Source of the DNA: Pseudobdellovibrionaceae bacterium
Lineage (GTDB): Bacteria; Bdellovibrionota; Bdellovibrionia; Bdellovibrionales; Bdellovibrionaceae
Direction: 5' to 3'
Assembly: GCA_044359815.1 (NCBI GenBank)
Contig: JBIKLL010000014.1
Location: forward strand, 1 to 49,060
DNA length: 49,060 nucleotides
Shown here one piece after another: positions 1-8,877 of the stretch (the stretch's first letter is position 1; the number at the start of each line of letters is the position of its first letter). The notes beneath the pieces were generated by a model, which was not told the DNA's origin, did not search any database, and worked only from the letters and a program-made list of their open reading frames with translations. A program made the translations under genes and the position numbers.

Positions 1-784
1 ATAACTGCGAACGCTTAACTGAATCAAAGATATTTTGCGGAACGATCGCATCTGTGTTTTCAAAAACAAAATCTGACATCATGGCAAACAACTGCACATC
101 AAGGCTAAAATATTTTTGATTTTGGAGGGATCTGAACATCCCACTGTCAGAATCATAAAATACAGTCATGAAATTTTTAAAAGCATTTTTAAATCGCTGG
201 TCTTGATATTTATCCAGTACACAACAATACAAAAAATTTGTGTAAGCAGTTTTTCCCAAACGTTTTGCTGAATCCTGCCAGTCTGAAAACGCCGGCTGCA
301 CAATCAGTCCATCTGAATCCAGCATTGAATCATAGTAATCAATCAAACCAGAAATTTCGACTTCATTGTCTGAAAACCATTTTGGATTAAATTTCTGAAA
401 ACATTTTGCAGCCAGCATAAACAACAAATTGGAATCAATTGCTTTTGAGCCGTGCTCATCATGGTACTGAGGCTTCAGGGAGCCACTGATAGGCAATGCA
501 ATCCCAGGAACCAAACAGGCTGCTGCTACCCTGATGGGTACAGGCAAACTGTCGATCACTCGGGGAATCAGATTTGAACTGTTTTTTGATTTTAACAACA
601 GTTCCAGATGATCATGCACTGTTTGGGTTTGCCCCAAGGTCAAAAGCCCTGGCACAGAATAAGCAAAATCCCTGGTCCACAAAGTTTTAAATTGATGTCT
701 GCCGGCTGTTAAATATTTTTTCCCATTCAGATTTTCAATATTTGCCAATAGTGATTGGGAGGCGATTTCATTAAGGCTTTTCAT
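1..784 (-). CDS. Six-hairpin (alpha/alpha)6 glycosidase-like protein (amylo-alpha-1,6-glucosidase/invertase-like); runs off the window edge and is absent from the ORF track
   Basis: My translation from ATG at 784 (TAATG overlap with the upstream stop): MKSLNEIASQSLLANIENLNGKKYLTAGRHQFKTLWTRDFAYSVPGLL...IDSNLLF...QPAFSDWQDS, open to the edge. The AG..F...W.RD and DW.DS motifs are typical of this clan. Confidence 0.65.
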   Translation of the reverse strand, partial: MKSLNEIASQSLLANIENLNGKKYLTAGRHQFKTLWTRDFAYSVPGLLTLGQTQTVHDHLELLLKSKNSSNLIPRVIDSLPVPIRVAAACLVPGIALPISGSLKPQYHDEHGSKAIDSNLLFMLAAKCFQKFNPKWFSDNEVEISGLIDYYDSMLDSDGLIVQPAFSDWQDSAKRLGKTAYTNFLYCCVLDKYQDQRFKNAFKNFMTVFYDSDSGMFRSLQNQKYFSLDVQLFAMMSDFVFENTDAIVPQNIFDSVKRSQL

Positions 785-1818
785 TAATAATCTGCTGCAA
801 AACCAAATGAAAACAAAGTGCTGGTAAAATCTTTGCTTTGATCAAGGCCTTTCATAAAACGCCCTTCAAGTGTGATCCATACATCAGCAAATCCATAATC
901 AGACGCCAATATATAGGCAGAATCTGGATCCAATCTGGTCAGCGAAAAATTTAATCCCCCGCCCCCACCAGTGGCTGGTGCTCCTGCAATGGTGTAAGAA
1001 TCCTTGTCTTCGCGTTTTTCAATCATGCCGTAATAGGTAAATCCCCCGTTCACATAGGGAACAATTGCTTGTTTTGAAGTGTATTCCAGTTTGTAGGAAA
1101 CAAAGGCCGTCAGTGGAACTATGAACATCTGAATGCTTTCTTTGGCCACAGTGATTTGCGATGTCCCCACCGGTGTTTCAAAGCGCCCCTTACCTGACAG
1201 AGTCGCCAATCCAGATTCGACTTGTAAGCCAAGCTTGCCAAAACTTCTGAAAGCCTGCCATTCATAGCCTCCTAAAAATATCGGGAAATTTCCTGATGAA
1301 TAAATTGTTTTAAATGTGATGTCGCTGTTAGCACCTGTAATTACAGGAGGACTCATCATACCAAAGCGAAACCATCCAGACTGCGATTTATCTTTTTTAA
1401 AGGTTTCGTACTGATAAACGTTTTGCTTGCTGATTCCCAGCAGACCTTTTTTGGCGCTGGGGTGGGGCAAATAAACCTTGCCGCCCTGAGGGGGACCTTT
1501 TGGTTTTTCGAAGTAAGGTTTGTGATCAGGATATCGATTAGCATCAGGATCTGGCGAAACCTCTTCGCTGTAGTCCTTTTTTTCGTTTAATATTTTGTTC
1601 TGCAAATCGTTTTCTTGATCCACCAACGACCTGCTGGATTTTGCAGTATCAGAATTTATTGGATTCAGATCAATCGGCGGATCATCTGCAAAATCAGTCG
1701 GTGGCTCGCTACTTAAATCAGTCGGTGGCACATCTGTCTGGATCAAATCACTTTGAGCAAAAAGATTTTGTGAAAGACTGAATATCGACAGAAATAACAA
1801 AAGTAATCCTACCTTCAT
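784..1818 (-). CDS. Outer-membrane beta-barrel protein (MXAN_2562-like)
   Basis: Signal peptide, Pro/Asp-rich N-terminal linker, amphipathic strands and terminal aromatic strand (FSFGFAADY); directly follows a CFI-box-CTERM gene. Confidence 0.65.
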   Translation of the reverse strand: MKVGLLLLFLSIFSLSQNLFAQSDLIQTDVPPTDLSSEPPTDFADDPPIDLNPINSDTAKSSRSLVDQENDLQNKILNEKKDYSEEVSPDPDANRYPDHKPYFEKPKGPPQGGKVYLPHPSAKKGLLGISKQNVYQYETFKKDKSQSGWFRFGMMSPPVITGANSDITFKTIYSSGNFPIFLGGYEWQAFRSFGKLGLQVESGLATLSGKGRFETPVGTSQITVAKESIQMFIVPLTAFVSYKLEYTSKQAIVPYVNGGFTYYGMIEKREDKDSYTIAGAPATGGGGGLNFSLTRLDPDSAYILASDYGFADVWITLEGRFMKGLDQSKDFTSTLFSFGFAADY

Positions 1819-3152
1819 AATTCCCTTCGCGATTGAGATCTAAACAGAAAATACAGCGAGCCAAAAACCCCCAAGAGCAAAATATACCAGCCCCCGCCCT
1901 CTAAGAATAGAGCCGCCGACGTGACCACTGGCCACAGCAAAGTCCGCACAAAAGTTCTGGCGGTTTCGTTTTTTTTCAACCATTCAGCCCATTCAGGTGA
2001 TTTTGCATAGTAAAACTGAACAAATCTTTTCCCCCAAGGATTGGGTAATAAAATCTGATCACGAAAATTTCTGAGTATTTCAACAGGCGGAGCCCATTCT
2101 GAACCAAAGGCTGCTGTGGCTATAAAACATTTTTTACCATCCAAAAGCCCAACAACCTTGGTGGGTGTGGCAGAATGTATTGTCTCAACCCACCCGCCTC
2201 CAATAATCTGTTCTATATTTCCTGCCTGGTCCACTGTGCCCACAGTAAAATAATACTGAATCCCATTGGCCAATCCAGATATCGAGCCATTTTGCAATGT
2301 TGAATCCTTGGTTTTTATATCTGTGATTGGCACATCATGGTGCCGGCCTGAGCTTGGGTTAATCCCTGTGATTGCATTAGTGCGAATAGCGTCCGTTGTG
2401 TAAAAAACCCTGATGGCTTTCCAATATATGGTCCCTGAAGATTCGGGTTTAGTGCCATCGCGAACGGGTGACAGTAAATAAACTTTTTCATCCCCCGGAA
2501 AAACTTCAAATTTGTAATAAGCATTATCTGGTGAAGTCGCAGTAGAGCCATAGTTGGGAAAGCTTGCAGATGTTGGTTTTCGCATATTGACCGTGATTGA
2601 TGCCGCATTGGCTGTGTCTAGTGTTGTTGCCCCGCTGGCTGCCAATCCTACGCGCAGAGTTCCAGAATATTCGGTAAAGGTTGCAGCCGTGCAGGGGGAT
2701 GAACTGGACACTGCGCAGATTTGACTCCACGGAATACTGACTGTGAACTGAGTTCCCACGCCGATTGTTCCTGTCACAGTCACATCTGTTGATATGATTG
2801 TCGCCGTGCTGGACGAAGTCGGCGTAAAATCCACAACCACAGTGGTGGACGGTGCTGCATTGAGGGTCAGTGAAACTGCTAAAACAGTGTTGTCATGAAT
2901 GGCTTTTTCGTTACAAGCATACTGAGTTCCCGAAATGCTGGTCATGCCCGCACATGAATTACAGGTATTTGAACCAGCCAAATCAGCCGATGTGCAGTAC
3001 GCAGAATCTTGCAGTAATCCAGCATAGACCACGGGCTTTAAGGGTTCTGGGATTTCAACAACAGAAACACCAGCCACTGATACAGCCGTCACGGCTGCAT
3101 AGGCTGATAAATTAAAATTTAAAAATATTAAAATCCATAGGGATAGCTTCAC
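1815..3152 (-). CDS. Secreted Ser/Thr/Cys-rich protein with an FN3-like region and a CFI-box-CTERM C-terminal domain
   Basis: Signal peptide ending AYA; ISGLANGIQYYFTV (FN3-like); KCFIATAAFGS...LRNFRDQIL...GKRFVQFYY..SP followed by a TM helix and basic tail. Confidence 0.8.
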   Translation of the reverse strand: MKLSLWILIFLNFNLSAYAAVTAVSVAGVSVVEIPEPLKPVVYAGLLQDSAYCTSADLAGSNTCNSCAGMTSISGTQYACNEKAIHDNTVLAVSLTLNAAPSTTVVVDFTPTSSSTATIISTDVTVTGTIGVGTQFTVSIPWSQICAVSSSSPCTAATFTEYSGTLRVGLAASGATTLDTANAASITVNMRKPTSASFPNYGSTATSPDNAYYKFEVFPGDEKVYLLSPVRDGTKPESSGTIYWKAIRVFYTTDAIRTNAITGINPSSGRHHDVPITDIKTKDSTLQNGSISGLANGIQYYFTVGTVDQAGNIEQIIGGGWVETIHSATPTKVVGLLDGKKCFIATAAFGSEWAPPVEILRNFRDQILLPNPWGKRFVQFYYAKSPEWAEWLKKNETARTFVRTLLWPVVTSAALFLEGGGWYILLLGVFGSLYFLFRSQSRREL

Positions 3153-3174
3153 TAAAATATTTCAACACGGGTGA

Positions 3175-4203
3175 CTAGTTGATGTCAAAAATTTGATTGG
3201 CGATCTGAAGGCCATTTAAAGCTGCGCCCTTCAGTAAATTGTCAGAAACTATCCACATCAACCAGGTTTTGCTGTCATTGGGGTCTTTGCGGATTCTGCC
3301 AACGTAAACGGGGTCTTTGCCAGAAATTTTGTTTTGCAATGGATAAACAGAATTTTTAGGATCGTCCTCGATCACCAGACCCGGCGCTGATTTAAGACAA
3401 TCTAAAAAATCAGCTTTTGAAATGTCTTTTTGCAATTGCACCCAAACAGCCTCAGCATGAGCATTCAGAACTGGGACTCGGACAGTTGTTGCAGAAACCT
3501 TGATTTGTTGATTGCGAAGAATTTTTTTGGTTTCGTTCATGACCTTTTTTTCTTCGCTGGTAAAACCCTGATCATCAAAAGAACCAATCTGAGGAATGCA
3601 ATTAAAGGCAATCACGTGGGGCAATTGACTGGCGCTTGGTGATTTGCTGTTTCGGATATCATCAACCTGCTTTAAAAGCTCATCATGCGCTGCTTGCCCA
3701 GCACCACTGACCGCCTGGTAGCTTGAAACCTTGACGTCAGATATACCAAAACTTTTCATCAAGGGATTAAGAGCCACTACCAACTGGATAGTTGAACAAT
3801 TGGGATTAGCAATGATTTGGGGCTTATCACCATTTAACAAATCACCATTAACCTCGGGCACAACCAAATGTGTGTTGGCATCCATTCTGAAAGCTGCCGA
3901 ATTATCAACAGCCCAAGCACCCGCCTGCACGGCCACTGGTGCCCATTCTTTACTGATAGGATCACCCGAGGAAAAAAACACTAAATCCAATTTATCAAAA
4001 CAATTTTTTGCTAAAGTTTGAACTTTGAATTTACGCGAACCAACCGAAACTTCTTTACCCACACTGTTGTCACTGGCAAACGGCCGCAACTCCCCCAACG
4101 GAAATTGCTTTTGTTCCAGGATATGCATAAAGGCTTTGCCAACCATGCCGGTTGCGCCAACCACACCGATATTTAAATTTCGATTTAATTTATTTTTTCT
4201 CAT
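3175..4203 (-). CDS. asd: Aspartate-semialdehyde dehydrogenase
   Basis: VVGATGMVG, DNSAAFRM, VVPEVN, catalytic ANPNCST, YQAVSGAG, DNLLKGAALN. Confidence 0.97.
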   Translation of the reverse strand: MRKNKLNRNLNIGVVGATGMVGKAFMHILEQKQFPLGELRPFASDNSVGKEVSVGSRKFKVQTLAKNCFDKLDLVFFSSGDPISKEWAPVAVQAGAWAVDNSAAFRMDANTHLVVPEVNGDLLNGDKPQIIANPNCSTIQLVVALNPLMKSFGISDVKVSSYQAVSGAGQAAHDELLKQVDDIRNSKSPSASQLPHVIAFNCIPQIGSFDDQGFTSEEKKVMNETKKILRNQQIKVSATTVRVPVLNAHAEAVWVQLQKDISKADFLDCLKSAPGLVIEDDPKNSVYPLQNKISGKDPVYVGRIRKDPNDSKTWLMWIVSDNLLKGAALNGLQIANQIFDIN

Positions 4204-5029
4204 CTTCTTCCTCGATCAAATCCACTTCTGATGATGAAACCGGAGGTAAATAAACATTGTTTTTAATACGTCTACGTCTGCCAGTTCTCAAGACACCGAA
4301 CACTGCACCTAAAATTGCATAGGTTAAAAACAATAAAAATAAATTCACTTCAGGTCTGTAAGCAACCACTGACAAAACCACAACCCCAATAACCAAATAT
4401 CTGAACGGCAGTCGTTCCTTTAAATCCAAATCTTTAAATGATCTGTATCTGAATGTGCTGACCATCACGATGGCCAGCAAAAATGTCATCATCAGCAACC
4501 AAATATTACCCAGCGGATCCATGCCCAAATCCTGAAAGGCCAGCACTGAGGAAGCCACTATGCCCGCTGACATCGGAATGGGTAATCCCTGAAAATAAGC
4601 TTTTTCAATAACGTTCGCTTGAACATTAAACCTGGCCAGCCTGAGGGCTCCACAAGTTAAAAATAAAAAACAGGCCAGCCATCCCAATCGCCCAAATGGA
4701 TGAAGAGACCACATGTATAACAACACAGATGGTGCCGCACCAAAGCTGACCAAATCACACAGAGAATCATATTCGGCACCAAATTTTGAGGTCGCTCTGG
4801 TCAATCGGGCCAGACGTCCATCCATCAAATCAAAAACTGCGGCTGCAACAATCGCGTAGGCCGCAAAGGTAAAATTTCCACGTATCGCCTGCACGATGGC
4901 AAAGAAACCAAAAAATATATTTCCGGTCGTCACCAGATTTGGGAGCAGATAAATGTGCATGGATAATTTTTTAGTTGGTTCATCATTCACATACATATCA
5001 GAATTATTTTTTGAGTCGGTAGAAGACAT
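4190..5029 (-). CDS. pssA: CDP-diacylglycerol--serine O-phosphatidyltransferase
   Basis: LLPNLVT, DLMDGRLAR...FGAEYDSLCDLVSFG (CDP-alcohol phosphotransferase motif), LRLARFN, FQGLPIP. Start placed at ATG 5029, just after the upstream stop. Confidence 0.93.
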   Translation of the reverse strand: MSSTDSKNNSDMYVNDEPTKKLSMHIYLLPNLVTTGNIFFGFFAIVQAIRGNFTFAAYAIVAAAVFDLMDGRLARLTRATSKFGAEYDSLCDLVSFGAAPSVLLYMWSLHPFGRLGWLACFLFLTCGALRLARFNVQANVIEKAYFQGLPIPMSAGIVASSVLAFQDLGMDPLGNIWLLMMTFLLAIVMVSTFRYRSFKDLDLKERLPFRYLVIGVVVLSVVAYRPEVNLFLLFLTYAILGAVFGVLRTGRRRRIKNNVYLPPVSSSEVDLIEEEDEKK

Positions 5030-5030
5030 A

Positions 5031-5702
5031 TTAATTAAAAGCTCCAAAATAGTTGAAAAGAACCCAAATACAGCTAGCACTGATCACTGGCAAAGTAAAA
5101 TTGTCATCCAAATCAAATACTGGAACTAATTCTGCCAATGCTCCAATCACCCCACATAACAAACTGACAACAACCATGTTTTGTACCAAAATCTCATTAG
5201 TCGCTAAAAACATTGCCGTGGTGACGCTGCAAACAAAAAACGCAGCCATGGTTCCTTGCAAGGATTTGCGACCAAAAATTTTATCAGTTCCGTATTTTAT
5301 ACCGATATAACTGGCGCTTGGATCAGCTAGGGCCAAAAATAGCAAAGTCAGCACCACTACATTTTTAGGAAACAACAATACGATGATGGCTGTTCCTGCC
5401 AACAGATAGGTTGTTCCTGCAAGCTTGTTGACTTCGTTTTCGCGAATGATCAACTTGAACCATTTAACAATCAAAGCGTTAAACTTTTTGTTTTTCTGTC
5501 TAAAAATATCCAACGGGATAAAGGCCAAAATCGCCACAGACAAAATCGAAATGCTGACGACTTTGGGTGCATAGTTAAAAACTAAAGCCATCGCCAGAAC
5601 CATTCCGACATGCCAAATCTTGCGAGCCAAATGCAAATCTGAACGGTTTTTTAACTTTTGATTGATAGTCAAAGCCACGTTTTCCCCCATTTTTGGGCTC
5701 AA
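5031..5702 (-). CDS. CTP-dependent diacylglycerol/polyprenol kinase family membrane protein (Dgk1/dolichol/phytol kinase-like)
   Basis: ARKIWH, IIRENE, LALADPSASYIG..YG, KSLQGT and DDNFTLP motifs; multiple TM helices. Confidence 0.85.
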   Translation of the reverse strand: MSPKMGENVALTINQKLKNRSDLHLARKIWHVGMVLAMALVFNYAPKVVSISILSVAILAFIPLDIFRQKNKKFNALIVKWFKLIIRENEVNKLAGTTYLLAGTAIIVLLFPKNVVVLTLLFLALADPSASYIGIKYGTDKIFGRKSLQGTMAAFFVCSVTTAMFLATNEILVQNMVVVSLLCGVIGALAELVPVFDLDDNFTLPVISASCIWVLFNYFGAFN

Positions 5703-5905
5703 TTTTGTTACCAGCTGTAAACTGAAACTTTACATTAAATCTTGGAAAATATTGAGGAATATATCAGCCCCTGACTGATGGGCCAAAACTTATTCACATC
5801 CAGGGGTAAATGCCTATTGGAGCTTAAAACCACGCAAAAATACCCAATATATTCAGATACTTAGATTTAAACCCAGGCCCTGGCATTGCATTATTAAAGC
5901 AATGT

Positions 5906-6721
5906 ATGAGAGCGATTTTGGGTGTTTTAATTTTGTTAAGCCTGTTTTTCAATGAGCTGTCTTGGGCTCAAAAGGCCAGCCATTTTCATGGTTATACTAA
6001 CAATGTAAAGCACGAAAAATCCCAAAATTTTCGCGAAATATTTATTTACAGCTACGTGCCTGATAAAAAAAATAAATTGCTTGAAGTGATTTTCAATCCT
6101 CAATTATCAAAGGAATTCAAAGACAGATACCGCGAAAAATTTGGCGAACTGGATACCGAGAGCCTGATTTATTTAAATTCACGGACTAAATTTATTGAAG
6201 CTCCATCCAGAGTCCCATTGGATGACGAAATTGAAAATCAAAAACGCCGAGATTACGCAGAATACATGATCAAACGACTGACTGAATGGCATGTAGACAA
6301 TTATGTGAAAACTGAACCCGCAGTGCGGCCGCTGTATGAAACCAAGGAAAGACTAAGTCACATCGAGGTTAAAGTTTCCGAGGAATCAAAACTGGATTTC
6401 AGATACGATCTGGCAGCTAACAATCTGGATTTAATTTATATAAATCCTTGGGTTGAAACTAAATACGGTCTTGAGATGGATCCCGATGCCTTTGGCCCAT
6501 CGACCACGATTGAAAGCAAACTGAAGCTCGAAAAGCAAATCAACAGTTCGCTCAGAATAAAATCACACACAGCCTTTATTGACGGGATCACCAGATTGGA
6601 ATTTGAAAAATGGCTTCCCAAGGCCTGGATGTTCAGGCTAGCTGGCAGCACATTTTTTAAAGATCAAGGCGTCACTATCCGCGAAAGTAAAATCGATTTA
6701 GGTTTTTCAAAATCTTATTGA
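5906..6721 (+). CDS. Secreted hypothetical protein, possible C-terminal beta-barrel
   Basis: Signal peptide ending SWA; C-terminal amphipathic strands ending LGFSKSY. Confidence 0.6.
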   Translation: MRAILGVLILLSLFFNELSWAQKASHFHGYTNNVKHEKSQNFREIFIYSYVPDKKNKLLEVIFNPQLSKEFKDRYREKFGELDTESLIYLNSRTKFIEAPSRVPLDDEIENQKRRDYAEYMIKRLTEWHVDNYVKTEPAVRPLYETKERLSHIEVKVSEESKLDFRYDLAANNLDLIYINPWVETKYGLEMDPDAFGPSTTIESKLKLEKQINSSLRIKSHTAFIDGITRLEFEKWLPKAWMFRLAGSTFFKDQGVTIRESKIDLGFSKSY

Positions 6722-6726
6722 TAGGC

Positions 6727-6900
6727 AAAGCCCTAGAAATGCAAAAAAATTAGAAAATTAAATACACACTTTTTTTTAAAGAGGTCCTCTGCGGAGCCTG
6801 GACGGCGGGGGCTTGGCCCGAGCAGAGAAGCAGGAGCTGTGACCTCTTTAAAAAAAAGTGTGTATTTAATTTTCTAATTTTTTTGCATTTCTAGGGCTTT
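6727..6900. repeat. Perfect 60-bp inverted repeat (6727-6786 / 6841-6900) around a 54-bp GC-rich structured core
   Basis: The left arm AAAGCCCTAG...TAAAGAGGTC is the exact reverse complement of the right arm; inner stem CTCTGC/GCAGAG; lies between convergent genes. Confidence 0.95.
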
Positions 6901-6910
6901 ATTTATTTAT

Positions 6911-7972
6911 TTACTTAGGGACGCCTTTGAGTTCGATGCCGACCAGCAGTCCAATGATGTCTTGCAATTCAACCCAAGGCTGAGTGCTGTTTGGCAGGTC
7001 TTCCTTAAGTTCCATGGTCAAAACTGGGGTTTTCCGTTCAAACCACATATAGCGACCTAATGATCCTGGATAGTGCCCTAGAGATTTCCATGGCAGATAA
7101 TCAAATTTAGGTGGCTTAATTTTAGGACCATCAAAATCCAAAACTTTAAGCGGAGTGTGCACTGACACAACAAAATCTGGCTTAAATTCATCCAAATGCC
7201 TTAGGGCACACTGGGTTTCAGGTTCACTGTTTGATTTGTTTCCAGGAAATCTGCGCGGATTGGATTTTGTGTCTTTCTTCCAGTAACTCAAGGCCTTATC
7301 ATCCCAGTCCTTTGTTGGAAAATTACGATTCACATCGACTTTATTGGCATTGGTTCGCGTGCGCGCTTTTAATCCGTCAGGATTTAACACAGGCACTACC
7401 CGCCAAGTGTTTCTGGGATCGATGCTTTCCAGTCGCTCCATCCAATAACGTCCCACGCTGCCGGCTGGAACTTCATCACCATGGATCACGCTAAAAACTA
7501 AAATTTTCTGAGAATCTTTTGAAGTTCCCATTCGGTTGTAATGATAAATCGGCACACCATTGACGCTGAAACATTCGGGGAATAATTCAGTTTTTGCACA
7601 AGCTTGTTTCAGTTTTTCTTTGTCGTATTTGCCCGGAAACTCTGACAGAGTTTTTTCGCAAATTTCTGCAAAATTAATTATAGTATTTTGCTTTAATGAA
7701 ACACCGCCATCCATAATTTTGGGCTCAAGTTTAGACTCGATTTTAGATTCAATCTTGGCTTCTGGTTTAGATTCAGTCTTGGCTTCAACTTTAGCTTCAG
7801 CTTTGGACTCAATTTTAGATTCGATTTTGGTCTCGGATTTTGCTTCAATTTTAGCCTCAGGTTTAGGCTCAGATTCTTGGGCCACGACAAAATCAGTATT
7901 TAAAATCGCAGCCATCAAAACACCGCAAAATCTTGCGCAAGCAATGGGATGATTAAGAGTCTTTTTTGTCAT
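6911..7972 (-). CDS. M14 zinc carboxypeptidase (murein peptide amidase A-like) with an N-terminal E-x-K-x repeat tract
   Basis: IHGDE, NPDG, NANKVDVNRNFP, SEPET, SVHTP and terminal catalytic TMELK; putative signal peptide. Confidence 0.88.
   Translation of the reverse strand: MTKKTLNHPIACARFCGVLMAAILNTDFVVAQESEPKPEAKIEAKSETKIESKIESKAEAKVEAKTESKPEAKIESKIESKLEPKIMDGGVSLKQNTIINFAEICEKTLSEFPGKYDKEKLKQACAKTELFPECFSVNGVPIYHYNRMGTSKDSQKILVFSVIHGDEVPAGSVGRYWMERLESIDPRNTWRVVPVLNPDGLKARTRTNANKVDVNRNFPTKDWDDKALSYWKKDTKSNPRRFPGNKSNSEPETQCALRHLDEFKPDFVVSVHTPLKVLDFDGPKIKPPKFDYLPWKSLGHYPGSLGRYMWFERKTPVLTMELKEDLPNSTQPWVELQDIIGLLVGIELKGVPK
7715..7870 (-). repeat. 13 degenerate 12-bp tandem repeats encoding E-[SAPT]-K-x
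   Basis: EPKP EAKI EAKS ETKI ESKI ESKA EAKV EAKT ESKP EAKI ESKI ESKL EPKI (aa 35-86 of the peptidase). Confidence 0.9.
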
Positions 7973-8135
7973 CAGGCAGCTCTTTGTATTCAGCGTCGAT
8001 TTCGTTTTTAGCGTCCCTAAATCCTTTGATGGATTTACCGATGGCCTTAGTTAATTCTTGGATTCGCTGGGGTCTGAATAAAATTAACACAACAATAACT
8101 AAAACTAATAAATGTGTCAGACTTAAAGGACCCAT
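7953..8135 (-). CDS. tatA: Twin-arginine translocase TatA/TatE family subunit
   Basis: Single N-terminal TM helix, amphipathic helix IQELTKAIGKSIKGFRDA, charged tail. The FG hinge reads FR here. Confidence 0.85.
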   Translation of the reverse strand: MGPLSLTHLLVLVIVVLILFRPQRIQELTKAIGKSIKGFRDAKNEIDAEYKELPDDKKDS

Positions 8136-8186
8136 ATAAATAACTTTATTCGATACTCAATTAACCTAGCAAGGCTAACTTGCCGA

Positions 8187-8375
8187 TTACCTTGGGCCTA
8201 GGTGTGGTAATTTGAACTGATAATTTGAGTTTAACTGATGAGCTGCTTCAGGAACTTGATTAACGTCAGATGATCTTTTGATTTCAGACTGCACCAACAA
8301 GATTTTCAATCCGCGCAGGATGATTCTGACAACAAAGTACATAGCGAGTGCGATAAATCCAAAAAACTTGATCAT
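8187..8375 (-). CDS. Small hypothetical membrane protein
   Basis: GGAG RBS upstream and an N-terminal hydrophobic helix; same strand as neighbours. Confidence 0.45.
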   Translation of the reverse strand: MIKFFGFIALAMYFVVRIILRGLKILLVQSEIKRSSDVNQVPEAAHQLNSNYQFKLPHLGPR

Positions 8376-8484
8376 ATTTGCTCCGATAAATGAGCGAAAT
8401 AGTTATCAAATTTCCCAGGGGTTTGGCTACTTTATGCAGTTTATTTGTAAAAATGAAACGCTATGTTGTTATGAAACTGTGCAA

Positions 8485-8877
8485 TCATACCTTGGATTTA
8501 ACAAAACGCCTGATCTTTCGCTGATTGTTTGAGCATTTTTTAACCTGACCCTTTGAATCAACTGGGCAAGCGGCGGTTCTGGAGTTTTTGGCCTCAAGCT
8601 CGTTGTCAAAGCAGATTCTGTTAAGCGTGGTTGGATTGATCCGGGTTACAAACATCATTTGATCATACAAAGCGCTGTTGGGCAGGTAATAAACCCCCGA
8701 GGCCACATCACCCACAATCGGACAATCAATCATACGATAGATTTTGTTAGAACTAGCGCTGGCATTTATACCTTGATCGATAAATTCGTGTTCTCGGTCA
8801 TCTTTGTCGTTAAGCAACTTTGTTTGCGAAAATCCAAACTGCGCCAAAATAACAAAAAATAAATTACTCACCATCAT
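8485..8877 (-). CDS. Small secreted protein with an Ada/thermonuclease-C-terminal ('sunset')-like Cys domain
   Basis: CPIVGDVASGVYYLPNSALYDQM...ICFDNELEAKNS resembles CPIKGN..sgIYH.P....Y...CF.te.eA; overlaps the upstream gene by 14 nt. Confidence 0.6.
   Translation of the reverse strand: MMVSNLFFVILAQFGFSQTKLLNDKDDREHEFIDQGINASASSNKIYRMIDCPIVGDVASGVYYLPNSALYDQMMFVTRINPTTLNRICFDNELEAKNSRTAACPVDSKGQVKKCSNNQRKIRRFVKSKV

Noticed and set aside
1670..1740. 24-bp repeats in the barrel N-terminus (PPTD units)
   Set aside because: Real but only an ordinary low-complexity linker of 2-3 copies.
5709..5720. TTAC...GTAA-like word upstream of the lipid operon as a LexA box
   Set aside because: The spacer is 5 nt rather than 3.
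7560..7952. Antisense and alternate-frame ORFs over the peptidase repeat tract
   Set aside because: Artefacts of the 12-bp periodic sequence.
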